Positions 63,818 through 64,000 of a DNA stretch of 64,000 nt are shown piece after piece (positions within the stretch are counted from its first letter, which is position 1; every line of letters begins with the position of its first letter). The translations under genes and the position numbers were made by a program. The stretch is from Amoebophrya sp. A120. Taxonomy: Eukaryota > Protista > Dinoflagellata. The notes beneath the pieces are model-generated. The model searched no databases and was not told where the DNA came from. It saw nothing but the letters and a program-made list of their open reading frames with translations. Where the stretch lies: NCBI GenBank assembly GCA_905178155.1, contig CAJINV010000004.1:6575409-6639408 (forward strand). Direction: 5' to 3'.

Positions 63818-64000
63818 TATGGAAGCGTCAGGTTTGAAATCGCCAAAGTTGAAATAATTTGTGATGCATAAAATGCATAGCGCGAAATACGTGTGTTGCA
63901 GAGCAGGCAAGTGAGGCCGATTGTAAGCCTGTTTGGGGTTAGAGCTCGAGCTGCTAAAGTAGCATGAGAAAATCAGTCATCTTTGCCTAAACAGCATGAC
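63818..64000. mobile_element. Introner, family F, truncated by the window end
   Basis: tatggaagcgtcaggtttgaaatcgccaaagttgaaataatttgtgatgc resembles the ends of 37031-37335. Confidence 0.75.

Noticed and set aside
1-64000. Genome-wide stop-codon reassignment
   Set aside because: Multi-kb ORFs are open under the standard code, and conserved genes end at TAA (RPS21), TAG (SGT1) and TGA (sialyltransferase).
1-64000. tRNA or rRNA genes
   Set aside because: None recognised by eye; tRNAscan-SE and Infernal would be needed to exclude them.

Overview
Eukaryotic, gene-dense window with almost all genes on the + strand. Recognisable products are Dopey/DOP1, two RING-TRAF paralogs, an RP2/TBCC protein, ankyrin and IQ-PDZ proteins, RPS21, a DUF3431-like protein, a RING protein, SGT1, an RluA-type pseudouridine synthase and a GT29 sialyltransferase. 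The dominant signal is 36 short non-coding elements (35 complete, 1 cut by the window end), all inserted in coding exons. Most are 140-326 bp, with two long ones of 554 and 779 bp. Each has terminal inverted repeats (TIRs) with TAT...ATA-type ends and a flanking 5-bp direct repeat (DR, probable target-site duplication). Removing an element plus one DR copy restores the host reading frame and conserved protein motifs at nearly every junction I translated. They therefore behave as introns, mostly without GT-AG ends. They fall into at least 9 TIR families, occur in both orientations and share one internal motif (GCATBACA / TGTVATGC). This matches the introner elements described for the parasitic dinoflagellate Amoebophrya; that taxon assignment is my inference. 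Coordinates were counted by eye, and gene starts and some canonical intron boundaries are approximate.
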